Shown: positions 9,557 through 19,434 of the stretch, in pieces
Position numbering within the stretch: position 1 is the first letter of the stretch
Layout: each line of letters opens with the position of its first letter
DNA from: Burkholderiales bacterium
Lineage (GTDB): Bacteria > Pseudomonadota > Gammaproteobacteria > Burkholderiales > SG8-39
Assembly (NCBI GenBank): GCA_965279075.1
Contig: CBDIHI010000007.1
Coordinates: 219,870 to 283,869 of the forward strand
Length of the DNA: 64,000 bases
Direction of reading: 5' to 3'
Translations under genes and position numbers: made by a program
Notes under the pieces: model-generated
What the model saw: only the letters and a program-made list of their open reading frames with translations
The model's database searches: none
Told to the model about the DNA's origin: nothing

Positions 9557-10807
9557 TCAGTGGAACCCCATGATTTCGCGGTAGCCGTACCAGAAGCCGC
9601 GCACGGAGGCCTCGGTCGCGCGCGAGGATTCGTTCGACTCGGCGAGCTTGCCGCCCATCTCGATGAACGCCTCTTCGCCCGGGCTGGCGTGCGTGCCGCG
9701 CTGCACGAACTCGTTGATGCAGCCGTCCTCGAGCGACACGAGGCCGGCGGCGCCGGTCAGGTTGCCCTGCATGACGCGCATCTGTTCCTGCGAGGCGTCG
9801 TCGCGCTCGTAGCCGAGGAACACCCAGTACAGCTCGGTCTTGTCGACGCCGCGCGGCACGAAGTAGCGCACCGCGAGCGAATTGAGCGTGAAATGCACCA
9901 CCAGCGTCGGGAACACCGTCTGGATGCTGTGCGTGATGCCGTCGTCGAACTCGTCCCAGGCCTTGAGGAGCCCGGGCCCGGCCAGCTTCGACTCGTACTG
10001 CCCCGAGTGGACGGTCTCGTACTCCTTCTCGGCCTGCAGCGTGGCGCGCTTGGTGTAGCTGATGTGGTGCCACTTCTTGTCCGAAAGGATGATGCCGCCG
10101 TCCATGTCGAGGCGGTTCACCTTGAAGGTCGTGTAGAAGGTGTGCAGCAGCGTGGCGTGGTACGAGTCGCGCACGTTCTCCGCATACAGCTTCCAGTTGT
10201 TGTGGATCATCTGGCTGTGCACGCCGAGGATCTTCAGCGGCCGGCCGAGGTTGCGGTCGAGGAACTTCGACATCGGCGCGCCGAGGTATTCGTCCAGCGG
10301 CACGGTCTCGTCCGAGAACGTGCCGAACACGAGGCCGCAGAAGGTGGCCACGCGCAGCGGCTGCAGCCGGTGCTTCGACGCGTCAAAGTCCTCCGGCATC
10401 CCGCCCTTGCCCTTGAGGCCGTTCCTGAAGGCCACGGACTGGAGCTGCCCGTCGAGGCCGTAGTTCCATGCGTGGTAGACGCAGGTCAGCGACTCGCGGT
10501 TCTCCTTCGCCTTCAGGCAGACCAGCGCGCCCTTGTGCGCGCAGCGGTTGACCATGGCGTGGAGCTTGCCGTCGTGATCGCGCGTGACCACGACCGGCGT
10601 CTCGCCGACCCAGGTGGTGCGCACGTCGCCGGGCTTGTCCACGTCGGCCTCCATGCAGAGGAAGTTCCAGATCGGGCCGCGGAAGATCCTTTCCTGCTCC
10701 AGCGCGTAGATGTCCGCGTCGGAGAAGACGCGGAAAGGCACGCGCGCCACGCCGCCCTCGGGCCAGTGCAGCGGCTCGGCCAGGCCCGCCTCCATGGGTG
10801 CATTCAT
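9557..10807 (-). CDS. Rieske non-haem iron oxygenase alpha subunit
   Basis: Rieske motif CAH-x17-CVYH (NRCAHKGALVC...LTCVYHAWNY). Mononuclear iron motif D-x2-H-x4-H (DSYHATLLH). Confidence 0.85.
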   Translation of the reverse strand: MNAPMEAGLAEPLHWPEGGVARVPFRVFSDADIYALEQERIFRGPIWNFLCMEADVDKPGDVRTTWVGETPVVVTRDHDGKLHAMVNRCAHKGALVCLKAKENRESLTCVYHAWNYGLDGQLQSVAFRNGLKGKGGMPEDFDASKHRLQPLRVATFCGLVFGTFSDETVPLDEYLGAPMSKFLDRNLGRPLKILGVHSQMIHNNWKLYAENVRDSYHATLLHTFYTTFKVNRLDMDGGIILSDKKWHHISYTKRATLQAEKEYETVHSGQYESKLAGPGLLKAWDEFDDGITHSIQTVFPTLVVHFTLNSLAVRYFVPRGVDKTELYWVFLGYERDDASQEQMRVMQGNLTGAAGLVSLEDGCINEFVQRGTHASPGEEAFIEMGGKLAESNESSRATEASVRGFWYGYREIMGFH

Positions 10808-10820
10808 CGTCGTCTCCAGT

Positions 10821-10847
10821 GTCGAGCCGCCATGCTACCGGCTCGAC
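10821..10847. promoter_or_regulatory. Perfect 9-bp inverted repeat (GTCGAGCCG-N9-CGGCTCGAC) in the Rieske/LysR divergent region
   Basis: Read directly. It lies 14 nt upstream of the oxygenase start, within an AT-rich 96-bp divergent intergenic region. That region also carries GCAATA-N14-TATTGC (10862-10887). Confidence 0.3.
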
Positions 10848-10903
10848 TTGTATCGCTCAATGCAATAGACTTTATTTCCATTATTGCGATTCGAGATGAG
10901 GTA

Positions 10904-11854
10904 ATGCAAAAGCTCGACTTCCGGCTGCTCGAAGCCTTCCTCGCGGTGTCCGACACCCGCAGCGTGGGGCAGGCGGCGCTGCGCCTCGGCATGAGCCAGC
11001 CCGGCCTCAGCACGGCGCTAGCGCGGCTGCGGCGCGTGCTGCAGGACCCCCTTTTCGTGAAGACGCCGCGCGGCATGGAGCCGACTACGCGGGCACGGGA
11101 GCTTTACGAGCCGGTGCGGGACATCCTGAAGGCTGCGGAATCGCGCCTGTTTGCCGCGCCGGTGTTCGACCCCGCCACCTCGACGCGGGAGTTCCGCCTG
11201 GCGCTGTCCGACATCGGCGAGGGCATCTACCTGCCGCTGGCGCTGCAGGGCATCGCGGCCGCGGCGCCGGGGGTGACCTTGCGATCCGTGGCGTTGCCGC
11301 CGCGGCAGCTCGAGGCGTCGATGGATTCGGGCGAGGTGGACCTCGCGGCGGGCTATTTCCCGGACATCCGGACGGGCGAGTACCTGCACCGGCGGGTCGG
11401 GCTGCATTCCTTCGCCTGCATCATGCGCAGCGGCCACCCGCTGGCCGGCGCGAAGCTCACGCTGAAGCAGTTCACCGGGTTGAGCCACGTGGTGATCGAA
11501 GCTTCGGGCCGCAGCCAGGAGGTCCTGGAGAAGTTCTTCAAGAGCCAGCGCATCCGGCGCAGGGTCGTCCTCACCACGCCGCACTTCATGAGCGTGCCGG
11601 TGATCGTGGCCAGCACCGACGTGGTGGCGACCGTCCCGCAGGCGCTGGCCGATTTCATCACCACGCAGAGCGGCCTCACCCAGGTGCCGCTGCCCTTCGT
11701 GCCGCCGACCTTCCAGGTGAACCTGCACTGGCACCGCAGCGTCAACAACGATCCCGGCAACAAGTGGCTGCGCGGGATGCTGTTCTCCAATATCCCGGTG
11801 CTGCAGGCACGCGGCTACGACCGCAACGGCCAGTCGCAGCGGCGCCCGCGCTAG
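10904..11854 (+). CDS. LysR-family transcriptional regulator
   Basis: MQKLDFRLLEAFLAVSDTRSVGQAALRLGMSQPGLSTALARLR wHTH. Divergent from the Rieske oxygenase. Start moved to ATG 10904, because the upstream part of ORF 9560-11854 is antisense to the oxygenase. Confidence 0.85.
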   Translation: MQKLDFRLLEAFLAVSDTRSVGQAALRLGMSQPGLSTALARLRRVLQDPLFVKTPRGMEPTTRARELYEPVRDILKAAESRLFAAPVFDPATSTREFRLALSDIGEGIYLPLALQGIAAAAPGVTLRSVALPPRQLEASMDSGEVDLAAGYFPDIRTGEYLHRRVGLHSFACIMRSGHPLAGAKLTLKQFTGLSHVVIEASGRSQEVLEKFFKSQRIRRRVVLTTPHFMSVPVIVASTDVVATVPQALADFITTQSGLTQVPLPFVPPTFQVNLHWHRSVNNDPGNKWLRGMLFSNIPVLQARGYDRNGQSQRRPR

Positions 11855-11861
11855 GGCCTTC

Positions 11862-12842
11862 CTACTCCGGCTGCACGCCGGCGGCCCTGACCATCTCGCC
11901 GATGTGCTCCACGTCGGCGCGGATCGCGGCGGCGAATTCGGCGGGCGAATTGGCGACGAGCTCCAGGCTGAGCGCGTCGATGTGCTTCTCGGTGAAGTCT
12001 GCGCGCCTGGCGATTGCGGTCACGTCCTGGTTGATCCGCTCGACCAGCTTCGGGTCGGCGCCACCGGGGGCGAACATGCCGAACCAAATGATGGCCTTCG
12101 CGTACGGGTAGCCGCCCTCGGCCGAGGTCTGCACGTCGGGGAAGCGGCCGGCGCGCAGCGGGCCCGTGATCGCGATGGCCCGCAGCCGGCCCGCCTTGAC
12201 CATCGCCCCGGTGGCAGCCGGGCTGCCGATCGAAATCTGCACTTCGCCTGCGACCACCGCCTGCACCGAGGGCGCGATGCCCTTGTACGGCACGTGCAGG
12301 AACTGCAGGCCCTCGCGCTTGGCCATCGTCTCGAACACGAGCTGGGGATGCGCGCCGACGCCGTAGGAACTGTAGGTGACCTTGCCCGGCGAGCGGCGCG
12401 CGAGCTCGACCAGTTCCTTCAACGTGTTCACCGGGACGGAAGGGTGCACGATGACGAAATTCCCCGAGCGCGCGACCATGGTGACCGGCGCGAGGCTCTT
12501 GTCGGGGTCGTAGGGCAGCTTCTTGAACAGGTACCGGTTCGCGACCACGGTCGGGTCGATCGTGAACAGCAGGGTATGGCCGTCGGGGGCCGACGCGGCC
12601 ACCCTCTCGGTGCCGATGATCGAACTCGCGCCGCCGATGTTCTCCACGACTACGGGTTGCTTCCAGACCGGGGCGAGCTCGTTGGCCAGCGCACGCGCGA
12701 GCACGTCGGTGCTGCCGCCCGCGGGATAGGGCACGACGATGCGCACCGGCTTGGACGGGAAGGGTTGCGCCCACGCGGGGAGGGCGGCGGCGTGCAGCGT
12801 GAGGCCCGTGACGATGCACAGGGCGGCCTTGATCGCATTCAT
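11862..12842 (-). CDS. Bug-family (TctC-like) substrate-binding protein
   Basis: Signal peptide plus QPFPSKPVRIVVPYPAGGSTDV motif. AAGGAGA RBS. Last gene of the Mo-enzyme operon. Confidence 0.9.
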   Translation of the reverse strand: MNAIKAALCIVTGLTLHAAALPAWAQPFPSKPVRIVVPYPAGGSTDVLARALANELAPVWKQPVVVENIGGASSIIGTERVAASAPDGHTLLFTIDPTVVANRYLFKKLPYDPDKSLAPVTMVARSGNFVIVHPSVPVNTLKELVELARRSPGKVTYSSYGVGAHPQLVFETMAKREGLQFLHVPYKGIAPSVQAVVAGEVQISIGSPAATGAMVKAGRLRAIAITGPLRAGRFPDVQTSAEGGYPYAKAIIWFGMFAPGGADPKLVERINQDVTAIARRADFTEKHIDALSLELVANSPAEFAAAIRADVEHIGEMVRAAGVQPE

Positions 12843-12908
12843 TTCTTGTCTCCTTTGGGTGTGGCCCGGTTCTGGCGACCGGGTCCTGGCGTAGCCGACA
12901 GGTTCGGG

Positions 12909-14549
12909 TCAGTTCAGTGCGTAGCGCTCCGGTGCGGCGCGCTTGCCGGAGCCGCGTTGCGGCATCATCGGCAGCGCGAATCCCTGCTGGTGGCAGGCGC
13001 GGGTGATCACGACGAATTTCCAGCAGGCGCCGCCTGCCGCGGCGGACAGGCCCGCCAGCGCGGCGAGCAGGTGCGCGGCCGGCGCGAAGGCGAGGCACGC
13101 GAGTAGCAGGGCGAGGGGCAGGCCGTGCGCGAACCAGTGCACCCAGGGGGAGGCCGCCTCGAGGTCGCGGCGCGCGAGCGGGCCGATGCCGTTCGATTTC
13201 GCGCTGTCCACGTAGCAGCGCCACGCCCAGGTGTTCACGATCACGAGCAGCAGCCCGGCGGGTGCGAGCACGATGACCGGCGAGACGTGCATGCTCTCGA
13301 ACAGCGACAGCGCCGCCAGCAGGCCGAGGCCCTCGAACAGGCCGCTGGCCACCAGCATCGGCGGGACGAGCGGCGCCCGCCAGGCCGGGATGCCCTTCGA
13401 GGCGTGCAGGATGCGCGCCTGACAGTACAGGAACCCGGCCGCGCCGAGCCCCACCAGCGCCAGCGCCCAGTGCAGCGCGCCAGGCCACGCGTAGCTCGCC
13501 GCCAGCGCAGGGTAGACGAGCGCGACGCACCAGGTTTCGCGCGTCATCCAGGAGCTCTGCGGCCGCAGCAGCACGTACAGGAACCGCGCCTTGCGGCCGA
13601 TCTTGAGGAACACGAAGAACAGGCCGACGCCCATGACCGCGGCCGCGACCGTGTCGATCCTGAGCAGCGCCTCGGGCGCGAGCAGGCCCACGGCATGCGC
13701 GAACCAGGCCACCACCATCAGGCCGGACGCCATGCCGCCGAGGATGAAGTTCATCGCCGCACGGTAGTCCCAGAACGCCTGGCGCTTGCCCACCATCGGG
13801 TTGCCCGGGTCCGACAGCCGCTCGTCGTCGAGGTCGGCCGCGTCGGGCGCGCGGCCCGGCGTCGACTGCGGCACTTCGTAGAGGTACCTGATCTGCGGGT
13901 CGTTGCCGAGTTCGGCGTGCATCTGGAAGGAGCGGTTGTCCTTCGCCAGCAGGGACACGCTGCTCGCCGGATCGGCGAAGTCGCCGAAGCGGATCGCCTG
14001 CGTGATGCAGGACGACGCGCAGGCCGGCGTCACTTCCGGGTCCACGCCGGGCACCTGGCCGGTCTTCGCGGCGGTGTCGATGCGCTCCACGCAGAACGTG
14101 CACTTGTTCGCCACGCCGTAGCGGTCGGCATGGGCAGTGGACTTCTCCTGCTGCGTCCGCTCGCCGTAGTAGCCCTTCTCCTCGTGGACGATGGTGCGCG
14201 CCTGGTAGGGGCAGGCCACCGCGCACGAGGCGCAGCCTATGCACAGGTCGTAGTCCATCGTGACGAGGCCGTCGGCGCGCTGCTTCGTCGCGCCGGTCGG
14301 GCAGACCGGCACGCAGGAGGGTTCGGCGCAGTGCTGGCAGCCGGTGACGAGGAACAGGCGTTCCACGTCCGGGAAGGTGCCCTGCTCCACGTCGAGCACG
14401 CGGCGCCATTGCACGCCGGGCGGCGTGTCGTTGGAGTGCTTGCACGCGATCGTGCAGGTCTGGCAGCCGACGCAGCGGTTCAGGTCGACGATCATGCCGT
14501 AGCGCTTGGCGGGCATGGACCCGTCCGCCTTCAGTTCGTTCAGGTTCAT
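12909..14549 (-). CDS. Four-cluster [4Fe-4S] ferredoxin subunit (DmsB-like) fused to a DmsC/NrfD-like ~8-TM membrane anchor
   Basis: 546 aa from MNLNELK. Cys groups CVGCQTCTIAC, CQHCAEPSCVPVCP, CIGCASCAVACP and CTFC...CASSC, then 8 hydrophobic segments and SWMTRETW. The start overlaps the alpha-subunit stop (ATGA). No twin-arginine motif. Confidence 0.8.
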   Translation of the reverse strand: MNLNELKADGSMPAKRYGMIVDLNRCVGCQTCTIACKHSNDTPPGVQWRRVLDVEQGTFPDVERLFLVTGCQHCAEPSCVPVCPTGATKQRADGLVTMDYDLCIGCASCAVACPYQARTIVHEEKGYYGERTQQEKSTAHADRYGVANKCTFCVERIDTAAKTGQVPGVDPEVTPACASSCITQAIRFGDFADPASSVSLLAKDNRSFQMHAELGNDPQIRYLYEVPQSTPGRAPDAADLDDERLSDPGNPMVGKRQAFWDYRAAMNFILGGMASGLMVVAWFAHAVGLLAPEALLRIDTVAAAVMGVGLFFVFLKIGRKARFLYVLLRPQSSWMTRETWCVALVYPALAASYAWPGALHWALALVGLGAAGFLYCQARILHASKGIPAWRAPLVPPMLVASGLFEGLGLLAALSLFESMHVSPVIVLAPAGLLLVIVNTWAWRCYVDSAKSNGIGPLARRDLEAASPWVHWFAHGLPLALLLACLAFAPAAHLLAALAGLSAAAGGACWKFVVITRACHQQGFALPMMPQRGSGKRAAPERYALN

Positions 14550-17269
14550 GCGGCTGCCTTCTTCACGGAAACGCGCATGATGTCGGCGCCGCTGCCGGTC
14601 GCGTCCGTCAGCGACACCGCGAGGTCCGTCAGCGAGTTCAGGCTCGCCAGGCCGAAGTCCTTCGCGACGGGCGTGGCCCAGTGGTCGAACTGGCCGATCA
14701 GCAGGACGGTGTCGGGGCGTATCCCTTCGCGCAGCGTCGCGCGTCCCCGCGTGATGCCGCTGGCCGACTCGAGCACGATGGGGTCGCCGTCGGCGATGCC
14801 GAGTTTCCTCGCGGTGGCGCGGTTGATGATCACGCCGTCGTGCCCCGAAACGTTCTGCGCGACCTCGCGGATCAGCGGCAGGCCGACGTTCGCGCCCCAG
14901 GCGTACTGCATGCTGCGCGCGGTCAGCGCCCACAGCGGGAAGTCCCTGGGGTCGCGGCCGAGTTCGGTCGCGTAGTTCTCCCAGATGTCGGGAAAGCGCA
15001 GGTATCCGGGCAACGCCTCGTATTCCTTCAGCTGCGGGTCCCACCACTCGATGCCGGTTTCGTGCAGGCGCCGTTCGAGCTGCTCGCCGTGGCGCTTGAT
15101 GCGCTCCTGGTAGGGCATCTCGAAGCGGAGCTTTTCCTCCTTCATGCGCGGGTAGAGGTACCACTCCAGTTGGGAAAACGGCCGGAGCATGAAGCCCTTC
15201 TCGCTGAACCAGTCGATGCCGTGCACCTCCGTCCCTCCGGAGACCTCGTGGCTCGCGGCTTTCGCGACCGCGTCCCAGATGGCTTTCGAATCGTGCTGGA
15301 CCTCGGGATCCAGGGCGTAGTCGTAGCCCTCGCCGCGCAGCGCCATCGCCGCGGCGCCGCGGTTGATGGCCTCGTTGTACTTCTTCAGCAGGCCCGTGCG
15401 CTTCGCGATTTCGGTGGCGATGTCCGTCATGTCGCGGCAGTCGCCGGCCGGGGCGACCGCGGGCTGGCGCAGCGCCCAGCCCTGGTGGTGCCAGAACTGC
15501 TCCGCGGACCCGGTGCCGCCAATGCGCGACATCTGCCAGCTTTCGAGGTCGGTGGCCTCGGGCAGGATCACGTCGGCCATCCAGTTGGATTCGTCCTGCG
15601 TGTAGCCGAACGCCAGCGTGAACGGGAACTCGGCGATCCGCTTGGCGACCTCGGGCGCGTTCCACGAGGAGATCGCCGGGTTGGTACGGTAGCAGATCCA
15701 CATGTCGGGCAGCGTCTGGCGCGGCCAGGGCTTGGGCGCCTTGTGCTGGAACAGCCAAGGCAGGTGCGCGGGGCCCAGCGCCGCGGACCAGGGCGAGTTC
15801 GCCGCCAGCGGCACCAGCATCTTGTAGGCGTTGCGGATGTGGGGCTTGGACTGCCACTCGTCCTTCTTCGTCGAGTTGAACGGATAGGCCATGAACCCGT
15901 CCTCGCCGTGCTTGGCGCTCTTCAGGCGGTTGTCCGCCGGCCGGTTCAGGCGCACCTTGGTGCCCATGGTGCCGCCGGGCACTTCGAGCGCACCCACGAG
16001 GCACGCGAGCATCGTGCGGCCCCACATGGCCTGGTAGCCGCCCCAGCCGTTGTTCACGCCCTTGCCGAGCATGACGCCCACGGGGCGGTGCGGCAGGGTC
16101 ACGCCTTCGATCTCGATGGTCGCGCCGATCTTCGCGTGCGCGACGAACTCGTCGGCGACGCGGCGGATCGTCTCCACCGGCACGTCGCACTCGGCCGCCG
16201 CCCACTCGGGCGTGTATTGGCGGATGTGCTCGCGCATCAGCTCGAAGGACGGCTGCGCCCCGACGGACGCATGCACCCAGCGCTCGCCATCGGGACCTTC
16301 CTCGTAGCCGGATACGGTGTAGGCGCCTTCCATGGCCGCATCGGCGATCGCGTCGTCGTAAGGCTTCGCCCGCGAGTCGGCGAGGTCCCAGATCAGCGGC
16401 TTGCCGCTGGCGCCGTCGCGCATGAAGTAGCCGTGCGGGCCGACGAGGTAGGGGGAGTTGGTGGTCTGCGTCAGAAACTTCACGTCGCACACCTCGCGCC
16501 AGTTGCGTTCCAGCACGATGCGGTGGATCAGCGCGTACATGAAGGCCGGGTCGGTCTTGGGCTTGATCGGCACCCATTCGCCCGACAGCGCCCCGGTCAC
16601 GGACAGGTGGGGTTCGACCTGCACGCGCTTGAGGCCGCGCGAGCGGGCATCGGCCTGGCGCCACACGCCCGAAACACCGCCCGAGGCTTCCTGGTTGCTG
16701 CCGAAATTGATGACGTAGTCGCAGTTGAGCGAGTCCACCACGACGGTGAACGCGCGGTGCCAGAACTCGCCGTACAGGTGCTCCGAATGGAAGCACTTTG
16801 CGCCCTGGCCCGAGCCGTAGCCCTGGTCCATGACGCCCCAGGCAGACAGGAAGGCCGGGAAGGTCCCCATGTAGCGCGTCGGCGTACCGCCGCCGCCGAA
16901 ACTCGCGGCCAGGCGCGGGTAGCCTTCCTCGTCGCGCATCCCCTTGGCCTGGATCTCGTTGAGCTTTCCCGCGACGATGTCGAGCGCTTCGTCCCACGGG
17001 ACGGGCACGAAGCCGGGGTCGTGCTCCTTGCCCTTCTTCGGGTTGGTGCGCTTGAGCGGCTGCGTGATGCGGTTCGGGTTGTAGGTCTTCTGCACGAGGC
17101 CGTAGGCCTTCACGCAGACGCGCCCGCCCGCCGGGTGGACGCCTTCGAGGTCGAAGTTCGGCGTCATGCGCAGCGCGACGCCGTCCTTCACCTCGACCTT
17201 GAACAGGTCCGGGCCGCAGACGCACTGGTTGCAGTACAGCGGGACCATCTTGCTTGCGTTCGCGGCCAT
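14546..17269 (-). CDS. Molybdopterin (bis-PGD) oxidoreductase catalytic subunit, DMSO-reductase family, no Tat signal
   Basis: 907 aa from MAANASKMVPLYCNQCVCGP... There is an N-terminal Cys cluster, a KCFHSEH segment (candidate Mo-ligand Cys), and DMSOR-family length and layout. Start moved to ATG 17269 inside ORF 14546-17479. Confidence 0.85.
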   Translation of the reverse strand: MAANASKMVPLYCNQCVCGPDLFKVEVKDGVALRMTPNFDLEGVHPAGGRVCVKAYGLVQKTYNPNRITQPLKRTNPKKGKEHDPGFVPVPWDEALDIVAGKLNEIQAKGMRDEEGYPRLAASFGGGGTPTRYMGTFPAFLSAWGVMDQGYGSGQGAKCFHSEHLYGEFWHRAFTVVVDSLNCDYVINFGSNQEASGGVSGVWRQADARSRGLKRVQVEPHLSVTGALSGEWVPIKPKTDPAFMYALIHRIVLERNWREVCDVKFLTQTTNSPYLVGPHGYFMRDGASGKPLIWDLADSRAKPYDDAIADAAMEGAYTVSGYEEGPDGERWVHASVGAQPSFELMREHIRQYTPEWAAAECDVPVETIRRVADEFVAHAKIGATIEIEGVTLPHRPVGVMLGKGVNNGWGGYQAMWGRTMLACLVGALEVPGGTMGTKVRLNRPADNRLKSAKHGEDGFMAYPFNSTKKDEWQSKPHIRNAYKMLVPLAANSPWSAALGPAHLPWLFQHKAPKPWPRQTLPDMWICYRTNPAISSWNAPEVAKRIAEFPFTLAFGYTQDESNWMADVILPEATDLESWQMSRIGGTGSAEQFWHHQGWALRQPAVAPAGDCRDMTDIATEIAKRTGLLKKYNEAINRGAAAMALRGEGYDYALDPEVQHDSKAIWDAVAKAASHEVSGGTEVHGIDWFSEKGFMLRPFSQLEWYLYPRMKEEKLRFEMPYQERIKRHGEQLERRLHETGIEWWDPQLKEYEALPGYLRFPDIWENYATELGRDPRDFPLWALTARSMQYAWGANVGLPLIREVAQNVSGHDGVIINRATARKLGIADGDPIVLESASGITRGRATLREGIRPDTVLLIGQFDHWATPVAKDFGLASLNSLTDLAVSLTDATGSGADIMRVSVKKAAA

Positions 17270-17295
17270 GCGGCTTCCCGGTGGGGGTGGGTCGG

Positions 17296-17709
17296 TTACT
17301 TGCCCAGCGCCGCGACCTTGGCGGCCTTGGCGTCGAGCCTTTCCTTCTGCTTGGCGAGGTCGACGATGAAGCGCGTGTGCTTCGACTTGCCGACGAGATC
17401 CAGCACGTCGCGCACCTCGACCTCGAAGTTCACGCGGCGCCCCTCGATGCCGGTGACCGTGGCCGTGACGTCGACCCACATGTCGCGCAGCGTCGGGCCG
17501 AGGTGGTCGATCTCCACACGCGCGCCGACCGAGTTCTCTTCAGGGGAAAGGTATTCGCCGAGGAAGTCCTTGCAGGTGATCTCCACGTCGCGCACCATCA
17601 TCGGCGTCGCGTACACGCGCAGCGCCTCGCCCATGAAGCCGATGGTGCGGTCGGTGTCGACCACCACGCGTACGGTCTTCGTCATGCCTGCGGCCAGTCC
17701 GGGTTTCAT
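17296..17709 (-). CDS. Hotdog-fold thioesterase, FlK (fluoroacetyl-CoA thioesterase)-like family
   Basis: 137 aa. Pattern T..V....T...E...VYATPMMV..E..C......SVGARVEIDHLGPT...V.V.A.V..IEGRRV.FEV resembles my recollection of FlK. Confidence 0.7.
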   Translation of the reverse strand: MKPGLAAGMTKTVRVVVDTDRTIGFMGEALRVYATPMMVRDVEITCKDFLGEYLSPEENSVGARVEIDHLGPTLRDMWVDVTATVTGIEGRRVNFEVEVRDVLDLVGKSKHTRFIVDLAKQKERLDAKAAKVAALGK

Positions 17710-17721
17710 TCCTGAGTCTCC

Positions 17722-19272
<1,551 letters not shown>

Positions 19273-19434
19273 CGGGACGGTAACGGCAGGATGGCCCGAC
19301 TATACGGCCCCGGTGCCCTCCTGCGACACACCAATTTCAATCCGGGCGGCACGTGTTTCGCACCCGCCGGGCCGCCCGGGGGACTAACTGATCTAAGATG
19401 CCCGCCACAGGAATCACCTGTAGGAGGAAGTCAG

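Noticed and set aside
9560-10903. N-terminal 448 aa of the 764-aa plus-strand ORF that ends as the LysR gene
   Set aside because: This part is antisense to the Rieske alpha subunit and lacks protein-like composition. The LysR wHTH begins right at ATG 10904.
12909-17225. 1438-aa single ORF suggested by the track
   Set aside because: Only the C-terminal 546 aa (from MNLNELK at 14549) look like a protein. The upstream ~890 aa are an alternative frame over the alpha-subunit gene and are Arg/Pro/Gly-rich. The alpha stop and beta start form an ATGA overlap.
17270-17479. Possible Tat signal in the upstream extension of the Mo subunit ORF (contains GSRRQVEAH)
   Set aside because: No hydrophobic h-region follows the RR, and the extension is highly basic low-complexity sequence (MGRRHGHGHRHRG...). 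ATG 17269 gives a normal N-terminus directly preceding the Cys cluster.
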